DNA of 62,634 bases, filler included, from Nitrospinota bacterium (GCA_030620925.1; 12 parts of 12 records of this genome joined end to end with filler, not necessarily neighbours in it); one strand, 5' to 3'; counted from the whole stretch's first letter, positions 33,770-43,968 are shown. The notes: a model not told the origin generated them from the letters alone. Made by a program: numbers and translations.

Positions 33770-34687
33770 ATGCTGGAGGAAGTGCTCTTCTTTCTTAAGC
33801 CCTCCAGGGGCGGGGTGTTTGTCGACTGCACCATAGGGGAAGGAGGGCACGCTCGGGCCATTCTCGAATCGGGCCCCGAAGACACCCTCCTAGTCGGCAT
33901 AGATCGTGACCGGGAGATATTGAGGGTGGCGGAAAGGACACTCGAACCCTTTGCGGAGCGCATTCATCTGGTACACAGTAATTTTTCCAACGTAAAGGAG
34001 GTGCTCGAATCCCTTAAGCTGGAGGGAGCAGCCGGCGTGCTTTTCGACCTGGGTGTTTCTCTCTACCACCTCAGCAAACCGGAGAGGGGATTCAGTTTCA
34101 GGCACGAAGGCCCTCTGGACATGAGGCTTGACGGGGAGGATGAAACGACCGCGGCGCACCTGGTCAACAACCTTAAGGAAGCAGAGTTGAAGCGGATTTT
34201 GTATGAATATGGAGAGGAAAGGTGGGCTCCCAGGATAGCCAGGCATATTGTGAGGGCCAGAGAAAAAGGGGCTATAGAGACCACCGGACAACTTGCAGAA
34301 ATAGTCAGGAGAGCGATACCCGCTAAGTACAGGCCGCGGCGAATAGACCCGGCCACCAGAAGTTTTCAGGCTCTCAGGATAGCAGTCAACGGTGAGCTGG
34401 ATGTCTTGCCGGGAGCGATAAGGGACGCTATTGAAATACTTGAGCCGGGTGGTAGAGCCTGTTTCATAAGTTTTCATTCTTTGGAGGATCGTGAGGTAAA
34501 AAGAGGTTTGCGTAGTCTGGAACGGGGTTGCGCGGGTTCTCTCGAATCCACCGCCAGCACCCGGAGGCAAGGGGCGGAGAGAATAATAAATATATTGACC
34601 CCCAAACCTCTCTCCCCTTCCCCGGAGGAGAGGGTCGCCAACCCCGTCTCTAGAAGCGCTAAGTTGAGAGCAGCCGAGAAATTGTAA
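33770..34687 (+). CDS. rsmH: 16S rRNA m4C1402 methyltransferase RsmH (start uncertain)
   Basis: DCTIGEGGH, DLGVS, RGFSF, LDMR, FQALRIAVN, SFHSLED, SRSAKLR. Confidence 0.95.
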   Translation: MLEEVLFFLKPSRGGVFVDCTIGEGGHARAILESGPEDTLLVGIDRDREILRVAERTLEPFAERIHLVHSNFSNVKEVLESLKLEGAAGVLFDLGVSLYHLSKPERGFSFRHEGPLDMRLDGEDETTAAHLVNNLKEAELKRILYEYGEERWAPRIARHIVRAREKGAIETTGQLAEIVRRAIPAKYRPRRIDPATRSFQALRIAVNGELDVLPGAIRDAIEILEPGGRACFISFHSLEDREVKRGLRSLERGCAGSLESTASTRRQGAERIINILTPKPLSPSPEERVANPVSRSAKLRAAEKL

Positions 34688-34717
34688 TATCAACGTTATC
34701 CAGTTCAGGGAGGTGTG

Positions 34718-35089
34718 ATGAAATCCTACGCAGCCAGAACACGTAATTTTCCACTCATCGTTCAGATAGAATGGGACAAAATTTTCGCCGGGCTGGAGCT
34801 CAAAAAATTTCTGGCTTATGTCATATTTGTGACCTGCTTCCTCATGGGAGCTCTCCTCTACTTGTGGCCGCACATGCAGCTTCTTCAGAACGGCTTCCAA
34901 TATAACGGCCTTCAGGTGCACAAAGAGCGCCTGTTGGATGAAAACAGAGCCCTGCGCCTGGAGTTCAGCAGCCTTAACTCACTGGACAGGGTTGAGCGCA
35001 TGGCCCGCAACGAGCTGGGGATGACGACGCCGAAGGAAGGTCAGATAGTCTACGTCGCTCTGGAAAGCACTGGCAAAAATGAACGCTAG
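34718..35089 (+). CDS. ftsL: Cell division protein FtsL
   Basis: Single TM, coiled coil, RVERMARNELGM..P; lies between rsmH and ftsI. Confidence 0.85.
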   Translation: MKSYAARTRNFPLIVQIEWDKIFAGLELKKFLAYVIFVTCFLMGALLYLWPHMQLLQNGFQYNGLQVHKERLLDENRALRLEFSSLNSLDRVERMARNELGMTTPKEGQIVYVALESTGKNER

Positions 35090-35149
35090 CGAGAGGCTTC
35101 GCCTTCACTTCCATAGACAATAACCCACTATTTACTTCCTGGATTCGCG

Positions 35150-37036
35150 ATGAGAGAGGTTAGCGCCGACGTAAGAACTCTTAAACGTCTTAAAATAGCT
35201 GCGTTCATGCTTTTAATTTTCGGCGCGGTGGTAGGGCTAAGGCTTTTTCAGTTCCAAATCATCCAGCATGATCAGTTATCCGCCAAATCCGAGCAGCAAT
35301 ACCTGAGGACGCTCAAACTGGAGCCCAGGCGAGGGACCATCTACGACAGGAACGGCAAGGAATTGGCGGTGAGCGTTTCGGTCAACTCTCTTTATGCCAA
35401 CCCCAGAGAGACAACGATTACGAAAACCTCCACCAACCGGTTAGCCTTCATACTGGGAACCTCCCCCGAGGAGTTAGCCGCCAAACTCAGATCGCCCAAA
35501 CATTTCATCTGGTTATGGAGGAAGATCCCCCCTCGGAAGGCGGAAAGTATCGCCGCTCTCAACATAAAGGGGTTGGGGGTGGTCAAAGAAAACAAGAGAT
35601 ACTATCCAAAGCGCACCCTTGCCGCCCAGATACTTGGCTTCGTGGGAACCGACAATGAAGGGCTGGAAGGATTAGAATATATGTACGACGCATACGTGGG
35701 GGGTGAGCCCAGCCTGGTGCTGGTGAAAAAGGACGCCAAGGGGCGCAATATTTACGCTTCCAGACGAATCCTCAAGGAAGGGTCTAAAGGGCTTGACATA
35801 CTTCTAAACATAGATGAAACTGTTCAGTATATAGCTGAAAAGGAGCTGGCCCGGCAAGTGGCTGAAAGCCGAGCCAGGGGCGGCGTAGCAATAGTTATGG
35901 ACCCTCATTCCGGCGAGGTGCTGGCACTGGCTCACCAGCCCTCATTCAACCCCAACAGTTTCCTCGACTACAAGCCCGCTCGATGGAAAAGAAGCGCAAT
36001 CTCAGACGCCTACGAACCAGGTTCTACGTTTAAGATCGTCACTCTGGCAGCGGTCCTCGAAGAAGGCCTGGCGCAACCCGATGAAATATTATATGCCGAA
36101 AACGGAACCCTGGTGGTTGCCGGGAAATCATACCATGACGTTCATAATTATCATTGGCTCACAACCAGGGAGGTGATTTCCAAATCCAGCAACATCGGCA
36201 CCATCAAGCTGGGGCAGAGACTGGAGCCGGACCTTATGTACAGATATATCAGAAACTTCGGGTTCGGCTCGAAAACGGATATAGGTCTTCCGGGGGAAGC
36301 CAAGGGTCTGGTCCGGGAAACTGAGGAGTGGTCCGGAGTATCCTTGAGTTCCATAAGCATCGGATACGAAATATCGGTCACGCCCATTCAATTGATCACC
36401 GCCTATGCCGCGGTGGCAAATGGTGGTCACCTGGTTAATCCCCGAGTGGTGAGAGGTGTTATGAAAGAGGGCCGGTTAATAAAAGAGTTCCCCGGCTTAC
36501 CGGCCAGACGGGTAATATCGGATAAAACGGCGGAGATCATCACCTCCATTCTCAAGGAAGTGGTGACTGTCGGCACCGGCCGGACGGCCGCTGTCCCTGG
36601 ATACGACGTAGCGGGGAAAACTGGAACCGCCCTGAAATTCGATATCGAATTGGGCGCCTACTCTTCGAGCAAGTACGTGGCTTCCTTCGTGGGGTATTTT
36701 CCGGCGGACGACCCGAGGGTGGTGATACTGGTGCTCATAGATGAGCCCAAAGGCAGTTTCTATGGTAGTGAGGTGGCCGCGCCTACTTTCAGCAGAATTG
36801 CTTCTCAGGTGGCCAGGTATATGAAAATCCCGGCCCGGAATAATCTTCTCATAGCGGCCGCCCCCGATACCGATAAAAAAGTAGAAGGGCCTGCGAAAAA
36901 AGGAGAGGAAATCAGTAACATATTTAAGCGCATAGACAGAGGCTTAAAAAAACTGTTAGTCAAGGCTGTCTCCCCTCTCATGATACCCACGAAAGGAAAG
37001 GCGGCAAGTTACCGGACGAATGAGGATTCAAGCTGA
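35150..37036 (+). CDS. ftsI: Peptidoglycan D,D-transpeptidase FtsI/PBP3
   Basis: RGTIYDRNG, EPGSTFK (SxxK), SSN, KTGT. Confidence 0.93.
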   Translation: MREVSADVRTLKRLKIAAFMLLIFGAVVGLRLFQFQIIQHDQLSAKSEQQYLRTLKLEPRRGTIYDRNGKELAVSVSVNSLYANPRETTITKTSTNRLAFILGTSPEELAAKLRSPKHFIWLWRKIPPRKAESIAALNIKGLGVVKENKRYYPKRTLAAQILGFVGTDNEGLEGLEYMYDAYVGGEPSLVLVKKDAKGRNIYASRRILKEGSKGLDILLNIDETVQYIAEKELARQVAESRARGGVAIVMDPHSGEVLALAHQPSFNPNSFLDYKPARWKRSAISDAYEPGSTFKIVTLAAVLEEGLAQPDEILYAENGTLVVAGKSYHDVHNYHWLTTREVISKSSNIGTIKLGQRLEPDLMYRYIRNFGFGSKTDIGLPGEAKGLVRETEEWSGVSLSSISIGYEISVTPIQLITAYAAVANGGHLVNPRVVRGVMKEGRLIKEFPGLPARRVISDKTAEIITSILKEVVTVGTGRTAAVPGYDVAGKTGTALKFDIELGAYSSSKYVASFVGYFPADDPRVVILVLIDEPKGSFYGSEVAAPTFSRIASQVARYMKIPARNNLLIAAAPDTDKKVEGPAKKGEEISNIFKRIDRGLKKLLVKAVSPLMIPTKGKAASYRTNEDSS

Positions 37037-37063
37037 ACCCCTTTAAGAAAATAAACTTATGCC

Positions 37064-38563
37064 ATGCAGTTACATAAACTAACAGAAGAAATCCCCGGTT
37101 TATGCCTCATGGGGAACCCCTGTGTGGAAATCGACTCCATCGCATACGACTCCAGGAAAGTTACCCCCGGCTCCCTTTTTGTGGCCCTTAAAGGCCGCAA
37201 GAGCAACGGAGTGGATTTCGCGCGGGAGGCCAGGAAGAAGGGCGCAGTGGCCGTCATGCTCTCCGAGGACAGCGTGCGGGGAAGGGAGAAGCTCTGCTCT
37301 GAAAGTTCGGTCAGCCTGATTATATCCGGGGAACCCCGCAGAGACATGGCTCTCATGGCCTGCAAGTTTTACGGCTCCCCCACTGACAAGTTGAAATTAA
37401 TCGGAGTAACGGGCACTAACGGCAAGACTACCACCACCTACCTCACCGAGTCCGTATTCAAGGCGGCGGGCAGGAAAACGGGAGTGATAGGCACCATAAG
37501 TTACAGAGATGCTAACTCGGAGGAGGCCGCCGATCAGACTACCCCCGAGTCGGTGGACCTGCAGCGCATGTTCAGAGACATGGTGGAGGCGGGGGCGGAG
37601 TTCTGCCTGCTGGAGGTCTCGTCACACGCCCTTGAGATGGAGCGCGTGTCGGGGAGCAGGTTTGAAACCGCCGTTTTCACCAACTTGAGCCAGGACCATC
37701 TCGACTTTCACAACGACATGGAAAATTATTTCAAAGCCAAAAGGAGGATGTTCCAGCAGTTTCAGGTGGGTGCGGCCATCGTAAACACGGACGACCCCTG
37801 GGGCCAAAGGCTGGCAGCGGATTTCTCCGGGAATAAGTTTACTTACGGCCTCAACAGTGAGGCGGATTTCAGCGCCCTGAAACCGAGCATATCCATGGAG
37901 GGGCTGGAATTCACCCTGATATCCCCTGAGGGTCGCTTTCCCATCAAGTCAACCCTCACAGGCAGGCATAATATAAATAATATACTGGCCGCATCGGCCA
38001 TAGCGTTATCCGCCGGCATCGATATATCCCACGTCCAGAGCGGTATCGCTTCCTTAGGCTTCGTCCCCGGCCGGTTTCAGAAAGTCGACGAGGGGCAGAA
38101 CTTTGCAGTTATCGTAGACTACGCTCATACCGATGATGCCCTCCGCAAGCTCCTTGAGGCAATCCGAAGCATTGGTGGCGGCAAGCTTATCGTGTTGTTC
38201 GGATGCGGAGGAGACAGAGACAAAGGCAAAAGACCGCTCATGGGGAAGGCAGCCGCTGAGCTGAGCGATTTCGCGGTGATCACGTCGGATAACCCCCGCT
38301 CTGAGGACCCCATGAGCATAATAGCGCAGATAGAACGGGGCTTCCTGGACGCCGGAAACAGGAAAGACGCCTACTTGATAGTAGCGGAGCGAAAGGAGGC
38401 CATACACGAGGCTGTATCTAGAGCAGGTGCAGGAGACGTGGTGGTCATAGCCGGGAAAGGGCACGAGAAATACCAGGTGGTGGGAGACAGGAGATTACCC
38501 TTCGATGACGTGGAGGAGGCCAGGCAGGTTATCAACGCCATGGCCTCCCGGAAGGTTCGATAA
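37064..38563 (+). CDS. murE: UDP-MurNAc-tripeptide synthetase (meso-DAP ligase)
   Basis: GTNGKTT, TTPE, EVSSH, DHLDFH, DYAH, DNPR (DAP-specific), AGKGHE. Confidence 0.96.
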   Translation: MQLHKLTEEIPGLCLMGNPCVEIDSIAYDSRKVTPGSLFVALKGRKSNGVDFAREARKKGAVAVMLSEDSVRGREKLCSESSVSLIISGEPRRDMALMACKFYGSPTDKLKLIGVTGTNGKTTTTYLTESVFKAAGRKTGVIGTISYRDANSEEAADQTTPESVDLQRMFRDMVEAGAEFCLLEVSSHALEMERVSGSRFETAVFTNLSQDHLDFHNDMENYFKAKRRMFQQFQVGAAIVNTDDPWGQRLAADFSGNKFTYGLNSEADFSALKPSISMEGLEFTLISPEGRFPIKSTLTGRHNINNILAASAIALSAGIDISHVQSGIASLGFVPGRFQKVDEGQNFAVIVDYAHTDDALRKLLEAIRSIGGGKLIVLFGCGGDRDKGKRPLMGKAAAELSDFAVITSDNPRSEDPMSIIAQIERGFLDAGNRKDAYLIVAERKEAIHEAVSRAGAGDVVVIAGKGHEKYQVVGDRRLPFDDVEEARQVINAMASRKVR

Positions 38564-38594
38564 ACCTCTACCCTTGATAAGAGGAAAAAGACCG

Positions 38595-38985
38595 ATGGCG
38601 CGGCTAAGGATGAAGGAGATCATCCAGGCTACAGGCGGAAAGCTTCTGGAGGGCAACGCGGAAGCGGAAATAGAGGGGGTATCCATCGATTCCAGAACCA
38701 TTCGCCCCGGCGAGCTCTTCGTCTGCCTTGTGGGTGAGAAGCAGGATGGACATCGTTTCGCCGGAGAGGCTCTCAGCAAAGGGGCTGCGGGTCTGCTCCT
38801 CTCCTCAAGGGAGGCTTATCAAAAAGTCCGCTCTCAAATAGGCTCATCGAGTAACGGTTCTCTGCCGGTGATCTTTACTGAGGATACCACAACCGCCCTG
38901 CAAAACCTGGCGCTCCACGTGAGAGAAAAAAACCCGATACCCATCATCGCAGTAACCGGCTCTAACGGAAAAACGACCACCAAGG
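38595..38985 (+). CDS. murF: UDP-MurNAc-pentapeptide synthetase, 3' truncated
   Basis: IDSR, DGH, TGSNGKTTTK; follows murE. Confidence 0.92.
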
Positions 38986-39085
38986 NNNNNNNNNNNNNNN
39001 NNNNNNNNNNNNNNNNNNNNNNNNNNNNNTTAATTAATTAANNNNNNNNNNNNNNNNNNNNNNNNNNNNNNNNNNNNNNNNNNNN
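38986..39085. other. Artificial contig linker
   Basis: N44-TTAATTAATTAA-N44. Confidence 0.98.
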
Positions 39086-39376
39086 GACACACTTGCTCGC
39101 TCAGCCATATTACCTGCACGTCATCGTCCAGCTGGCTACAAGATCGAGGCCGGGCGACTATCCCTTTCGTCTCACAGCCGGGGCATCGATCGGCAGGCTT
39201 TATTATGAAAATTGTGATTATGGTGTTGTCCATATAGGCGTCTATAAGCAGGTTAAATGTGTTATAATCCAGTGGAACACAGTGAAATACCGTTAAGCGC
39301 TAAACCCTTGATAGGAGCGGGATAAGTGGGGATTCGGCAAGCTATTCAACAACTTACCGAACCCCCCAGTTATACA

Positions 39377-39421
39377 CTCATAACCCAAAGGTCGCTGGTT
39401 CGAATCCAGCCCCCGCTACCA
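39377..39421 (+). mobile_element. 3' half of initiator tRNA-Met(CAT); probable att duplication of an integrated element, not a complete tRNA
   Basis: CTCATAACCCAAAGGTCGCTGGTTCGAATCCAGCCCCCGCTACCA (anticodon loop, T-arm, acceptor, CCA) with no 5' acceptor or D-arm upstream. Confidence 0.85.
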
Positions 39422-39430
39422 GGATCTAAC

Positions 39431-39468
39431 AAGGGCTCAGGATTACTCCTGAGCCCTTTTCCTTTTTT
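39431..39468 (+). terminator. Intrinsic terminator after the tRNA fragment
   Basis: AAGGGCTCAGGA-TTAC-TCCTGAGCCCTT followed by T-rich tail. Confidence 0.85.
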
Positions 39469-39477
39469 CGGCACATG

Positions 39478-39517
39478 TTGACACCGGCAAGAAGATAAGC
39501 TATGAATGAACATACAC
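39478..39517 (+). promoter_or_regulatory. Putative sigma70 promoter of the acyl-CoA dehydrogenase with overlapping TetR/FadR-like site
   Basis: TTGACA-N17-TATGAA overlapping TGAATGAACATACA. Confidence 0.4.
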
Positions 39518-39589
39518 TTTATAATCAATAAATCTTATCGACGACTTTTGACATTATTAACGTTCATCAGCTTATAGAAGGAAATAAAA

Positions 39590-40732
39590 ATGGATTTCAG
39601 CCTCACTGAAGAGCAGGAAATGATCAAGCAAGCGGCAAGAAAGTTTGCTTTGAATGAGTTGTTACCTCACAGCGCGCAATGGGACAAAACCAAGGAATTT
39701 CCTCAGCACCTGGTGGACAAAATGGGCGAGCTGGGCTTCGTCCACACCACAATACCAAAGGAATACGGCGGGCAGGGCACGGACCGTTTAACCAATGGAA
39801 TAATCGTGGAAGAGCTGGCCAGGGGTGATTTCAGCCTGAGCATTTTTGCCTTCGGGGTCATGACGGACGCCTTCATGATTTACGGCACGGAAGAGCAGAG
39901 AAAGCGATGGCTGCCGCCCATGGCCACTGGCGAAGGTCATATGGGGATAGCTTTGACCGAATCCGAGTCGGGTTCTGATGCCGCCGGTCTTACCATGAAA
40001 GCGGTGCGCGACGGGGATGAGTATGTCCTCAACGGGGAAAAATCGAGCGTGAGCAACATTAACGCAGATGGCTGGCTGGTGCTTGCCCGTACGGACCCCG
40101 ATGCCTCCCCCGCCAGGGGGATATCCTGCTTCATAGTTCCCGGCAAGACCCCCGGCGTAACCACCTCTTTGTATAACGACCTCGGAGGAAGGGCGGTTCC
40201 GCGCGGCCCGGTGGCTTTCGAGGACGTACGCATCCCGGCAGGCAACTTGCTGGGGGAAGAGAATAGAGGTTTCCATCTTATCATGCACGCCTTCGATTAT
40301 AATCGCGCCCTCATCGGCCTGATGTGCATAGGAGCGGCACAGCAAACCCTCGACGAAACCATCGAATTCGCAAAGAACAGAAAATCATTCGGCCAGGTTA
40401 TAACCACCAATCAGGGTGTTTCTTTTCCTATAGCCGAGGCCGCCACCAGGTTGGAGCTTGCCCGCCTCATATGCTGCAAAGTTCTCTGGTTGCGTGATAA
40501 TGAGCTCCCGCATACCACCGAGGCGGCCATGGCAAAATGGTTTGCGCCCAGAACCTGCGTGGATATCCTGCATGAATGCCTTCTCATTCATGGACACTAT
40601 GGTTACACGGATGAGTTCCACGTGGAGCAGAGGCTGCGGAATGTTATCGGCTGGCAGATCGGAGATGGTACGGCCAACATCCAGAAGCTGGTCATAGCTA
40701 GAGACATCATAGGCCGGGAATTTGTAAGATAA
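39590..40732 (+). CDS. Acyl-CoA dehydrogenase, cyclohexanecarboxyl-CoA dehydrogenase (AliB-like)
   Basis: ACAD motifs (LTE..GSD, NGEK) plus AliB-type RALIGL, QGVSFP, LPHTTEAAMAKW and QIGDGTA (Asp at the usual YEGT Glu). Confidence 0.8.
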   Translation: MDFSLTEEQEMIKQAARKFALNELLPHSAQWDKTKEFPQHLVDKMGELGFVHTTIPKEYGGQGTDRLTNGIIVEELARGDFSLSIFAFGVMTDAFMIYGTEEQRKRWLPPMATGEGHMGIALTESESGSDAAGLTMKAVRDGDEYVLNGEKSSVSNINADGWLVLARTDPDASPARGISCFIVPGKTPGVTTSLYNDLGGRAVPRGPVAFEDVRIPAGNLLGEENRGFHLIMHAFDYNRALIGLMCIGAAQQTLDETIEFAKNRKSFGQVITTNQGVSFPIAEAATRLELARLICCKVLWLRDNELPHTTEAAMAKWFAPRTCVDILHECLLIHGHYGYTDEFHVEQRLRNVIGWQIGDGTANIQKLVIARDIIGREFVR

Positions 40733-40936
40733 GGCAGGGTTGTTAAGCAAGCAGCGCCTTCCGCTGCAAGAATGGGGATGGCTACTACTCAAGCTTTGTC
40801 AGCTATCATTCGGTTCCCGGCTCACCATCCGGGCGGTTTTTTTTCGGTCGGTGCAGAACTTTGACCGGCCTTTTACACGGAGCAGCATAGGTGATTGCTC
40901 TGCCTGGACGGGAATAAACAGGAGGTAGGATAAAAG

Positions 40937-42016
40937 GTGAAGGCTCTCATCACTGCGGGGGGAAAGGGAACAAGGTTGCGCCCCATAACCTATACCAGCA
41001 ACAAACATCTGATCCCTATAGCCAACAAACCCATGATCGCATACGCCGTGGACGCCGTGGTCGGAGCCGGTATAAAGGATATTGGCATCGTCATAAATCC
41101 GGATACCGGCCGGGAGATGGAGCGTGCACTGAATGACATGAACAGTTGGGGGGCGCGGTTCACTTTTATCGTCCAGGAGGCCCCGCAGGGGTTGGCCCAC
41201 GTTGTCAAGGTTTCCCGCAGCTTCATAGGGGAGGAGCCCTTCATCTTCTATCTGGGAGACAACGTAATAGTGAAGGGGATAGACGGGTTTCTTAAAGACT
41301 TCCTGCAATCCGGTGACAACGCCCACCTGGTCTTGGCCCGCGTCAAAGAGCCCCAGCGGTTCGGGGTGGCCGCCATCAAGGAGGGGCGGATAGTCAGCGT
41401 GGAAGAGAAACCGGCGCGGCCCAAAAGCGAATACGCAGTGACCGGAATATACTTTTACGATCAGACTATTTTCGAGGCGGTGGAAAATATCACCCCCAGC
41501 GACAGGGGAGAACTCGAGATATCAGACGCGCACCAGTATCTCATCGATAAGGGATACCGGGTTGGTTACTCAGAGGCTACGGGCTGGTGGAAAGACACCG
41601 GCAAGCCGGAAGACCTTCTGGAGGCCAACCGGCTGGTTCTCGACCAGATGTTGGACGGGAGAGAGGATGCCATCTCAGGCGACGTGGATGAGAAGACGGA
41701 CATTGCCGGGAAAGTCATCATCGAGGGTGGGGCCAAGGTGAGCAACAGCAGCCTTCGAGGCCCCCTCATAATCGGCAAAGGCTGCGTCGTGGAGAACAGT
41801 TATATCGGTCCCTACACCTCCATAGACGCCGAGTGCTTGATCAGGGACAGCGAGGTGGAATACAGCGTGGTTATGGAGCAGTGCCACATCGTCGAAGCGG
41901 ACGTACGAATAGAGAGAAGCCTGTTGGGGCGAGGCGCGAAGATCATAAAGGGTTACAGCAGACCCAGGACGCAGAGGTTCATCATCGGTGACCAGAGCAC
42001 CATCGTTTTAGCATGA
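40937..42016 (+). CDS. rmlA: Glucose-1-phosphate thymidylyltransferase, long form
   Basis: GGKGTRLRP, GLAH, YLGDN, EEKP, RGELEI, WWKDTG, C-terminal hexapeptide domain. Confidence 0.9.
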   Translation: MKALITAGGKGTRLRPITYTSNKHLIPIANKPMIAYAVDAVVGAGIKDIGIVINPDTGREMERALNDMNSWGARFTFIVQEAPQGLAHVVKVSRSFIGEEPFIFYLGDNVIVKGIDGFLKDFLQSGDNAHLVLARVKEPQRFGVAAIKEGRIVSVEEKPARPKSEYAVTGIYFYDQTIFEAVENITPSDRGELEISDAHQYLIDKGYRVGYSEATGWWKDTGKPEDLLEANRLVLDQMLDGREDAISGDVDEKTDIAGKVIIEGGAKVSNSSLRGPLIIGKGCVVENSYIGPYTSIDAECLIRDSEVEYSVVMEQCHIVEADVRIERSLLGRGAKIIKGYSRPRTQRFIIGDQSTIVLA

Positions 42017-42026
42017 AGAGAAGGGC

Positions 42027-42506
42027 ATGATCCAGGGGGTAGAGCTGAAAGAATTGAAGCTGCTCGACGATGAGCGCGGTTTTCTGATGGAAATACTGCG
42101 CTGCGACGACCGGCTGTTTGAGCGCTTCGGCCAGGCCTATATCACGGCCTGCAAAAGAGGGGTGGCCAAAGCCTGGCATTATCATAAGCAGCAGACGGAT
42201 AACTTTGCCTGCCTGTGGGGTAAATCACTCGTCGTCCTCTACGACATGAGGGAGGATTCCCCGACCCGCGGCGGCGTAGAGGAATTCATCCTCGAAGCCC
42301 CGCCCTGTCAAGAAAATCGACCCATGCTCCTCAAAATTCCACCCCTCGTCGTCCATGGGTTTACCTCCCTCGGGGGAGAGGAGACCAGGATACTTAACAT
42401 TCCCACCATGCCCTATCGATATGATGACCCGGACGAGCATCGGCTGCCCTGGGACAGCGAGCTTGTACCCTTTCAGTGGCCCCCCGAAGTCAGGACAGGA
42501 GGTTGA
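42027..42506 (+). CDS. rmlC: dTDP-4-dehydrorhamnose 3,5-epimerase family protein
   Basis: DERGFLME, KAWHYH, DMREDSPT, VHGF. Confidence 0.85.
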   Translation: MIQGVELKELKLLDDERGFLMEILRCDDRLFERFGQAYITACKRGVAKAWHYHKQQTDNFACLWGKSLVVLYDMREDSPTRGGVEEFILEAPPCQENRPMLLKIPPLVVHGFTSLGGEETRILNIPTMPYRYDDPDEHRLPWDSELVPFQWPPEVRTGG

Positions 42507-42508
42507 AA

Positions 42509-43359
42509 TTGAAGATTCTTGTCACCGGGGGTGCGGGATTTATCGGCAGCAACTTCGTCATCCACCTGCTGGAGAAATATCCCGACTACCAGGTGGTGAA
42601 CCTGGATAAACTCACCTACGCCGGAAACCTCATGAACCTCCGCCAGTTGGAGGAGAATCCCGGGCACACTTTCATACAGAGCGATATATGCGATCGCGAT
42701 ACCGTGGGGGAACTGGTATCCGGTGTCGATGCCGTCATCAATTTCGCCGCCGAGACGCACGTGGATAATTCCATCGCCAAAGCGGATGTCTTCATCGAGA
42801 CCAACGTCCGGGGGCTCAATGTCCTCCTCGATGAGGCCAGAAGACATTCCGTCCCCCGCTTCATCCAGATTTCAACCGACGAAGTTTACGGCAGTATCGA
42901 GGAGGGTTCATTCACCGAGGATAGCCCCCTTCAGCCCAGCAGCCCATACTCGGCATCGAAGGCCGCCGGGGACCTTCTGTGCCGTGCTTATGCGACCACC
43001 TATGGCCTGCCCGTGATCATCACCCGGAGCTCCAACAATTTCGGGCCTTATCAACACCCCGAAAAATTGATCCCGCTCTTCCTCACCTGTGCCCTGGAAG
43101 ATAAGAAGCTCCCCCTCTACGGTTCAGGCTCAAACGTGAGAGACTGGATATACGTCAAGGACAATTCCGAGGGCATAGACCTCATCCTCCACGAAGGGAA
43201 ACCGGGTGAGACGTACAATATCGGTGGCGGGAACGAGAAGACCAACCTGGAAATCACCGAGCTCATACTGCATAAACTGGGTAAAGACATGAGCCTGGTG
43301 GATTACGTGGAAGACCGCCCGGGCCACGACCTGCGGTATTCGCTGGACTGCCGCAAGGC
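42509..43359 (+). CDS. rmlB: dTDP-glucose 4,6-dehydratase, 3' truncated
   Basis: GGAGFIG, DKLTYAG, AAETHVD, STDEVYG, YSASK, DRPGHD. Confidence 0.95.
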
Positions 43360-43459
43360 NNNNNNNNNNNNNNNNNNNNNNNNNNNNNNNNNNNNNNNNN
43401 NNNTTAATTAATTAANNNNNNNNNNNNNNNNNNNNNNNNNNNNNNNNNNNNNNNNNNNN
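43360..43459. other. Artificial contig linker
   Basis: N44-TTAATTAATTAA-N44. Confidence 0.98.
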
Positions 43460-43675
43460 GGTTTTGAAGACACGAGAATGAGATCATCTCGAGGAAGGAG
43501 GAACAACTGATGATGAAGGCGCAAACGCAGCAAAGACGACGACTCCCTATGCTACGGGATTTTAGAACAATAAGAATAGAAGTGTGCAGTTCTCCTCAAC
43601 TAATGGCCTACCGCTACTTTTTCTGTTGACTTTTTACTTCCTTTAAAGTATTGAACTAGAGGAAATAGAGGAGCT

Positions 43676-43968
43676 TGCCGGTACCTGTATTTGTGCGGGC
43701 GGGAAGGGGATCGCAGGGGCGAATCCCGGCGACTCGCACGAAAGGGGTTTAATAGGGAAGATGGTGAATCGCTTCTCGCAGTGAGAGGATAGATGAAGCC
43801 ATCGCGGTCCCGCCGCTGTGACCGGGTACGAAACCTCCGACCGGCGCAGGATGCACTCGCAAAACAGATCAGCGCTGCATTCCTGCACGGGAAGCCACTG
43901 GGCGGCCTGAGCCGCCTGGGAAGGCGGGGGAAGTAGGATGGATCCGGGAGTCAGAAGACCTGCCGGCA
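43676..43968 (+). ncRNA. Cobalamin (AdoCbl) riboswitch
   Basis: AATAGGGAA..GGTG, CCCGCCGCTGTG, GCCACTG, GGGAAGGC, B12 box AGTCAGAAGACCTGCC; upstream of cbi operon. Confidence 0.93.

Noticed and set aside
39086-39296. Short ORFs at the start of the contig, left of the tRNA fragment
   Set aside because: No recognisable motif or RBS; more likely non-coding island end
39377-39421. Functional, split or permuted tRNA-Met
   Set aside because: No 5' acceptor strand or D-arm on either side within the contig; an att duplication is the simpler explanation
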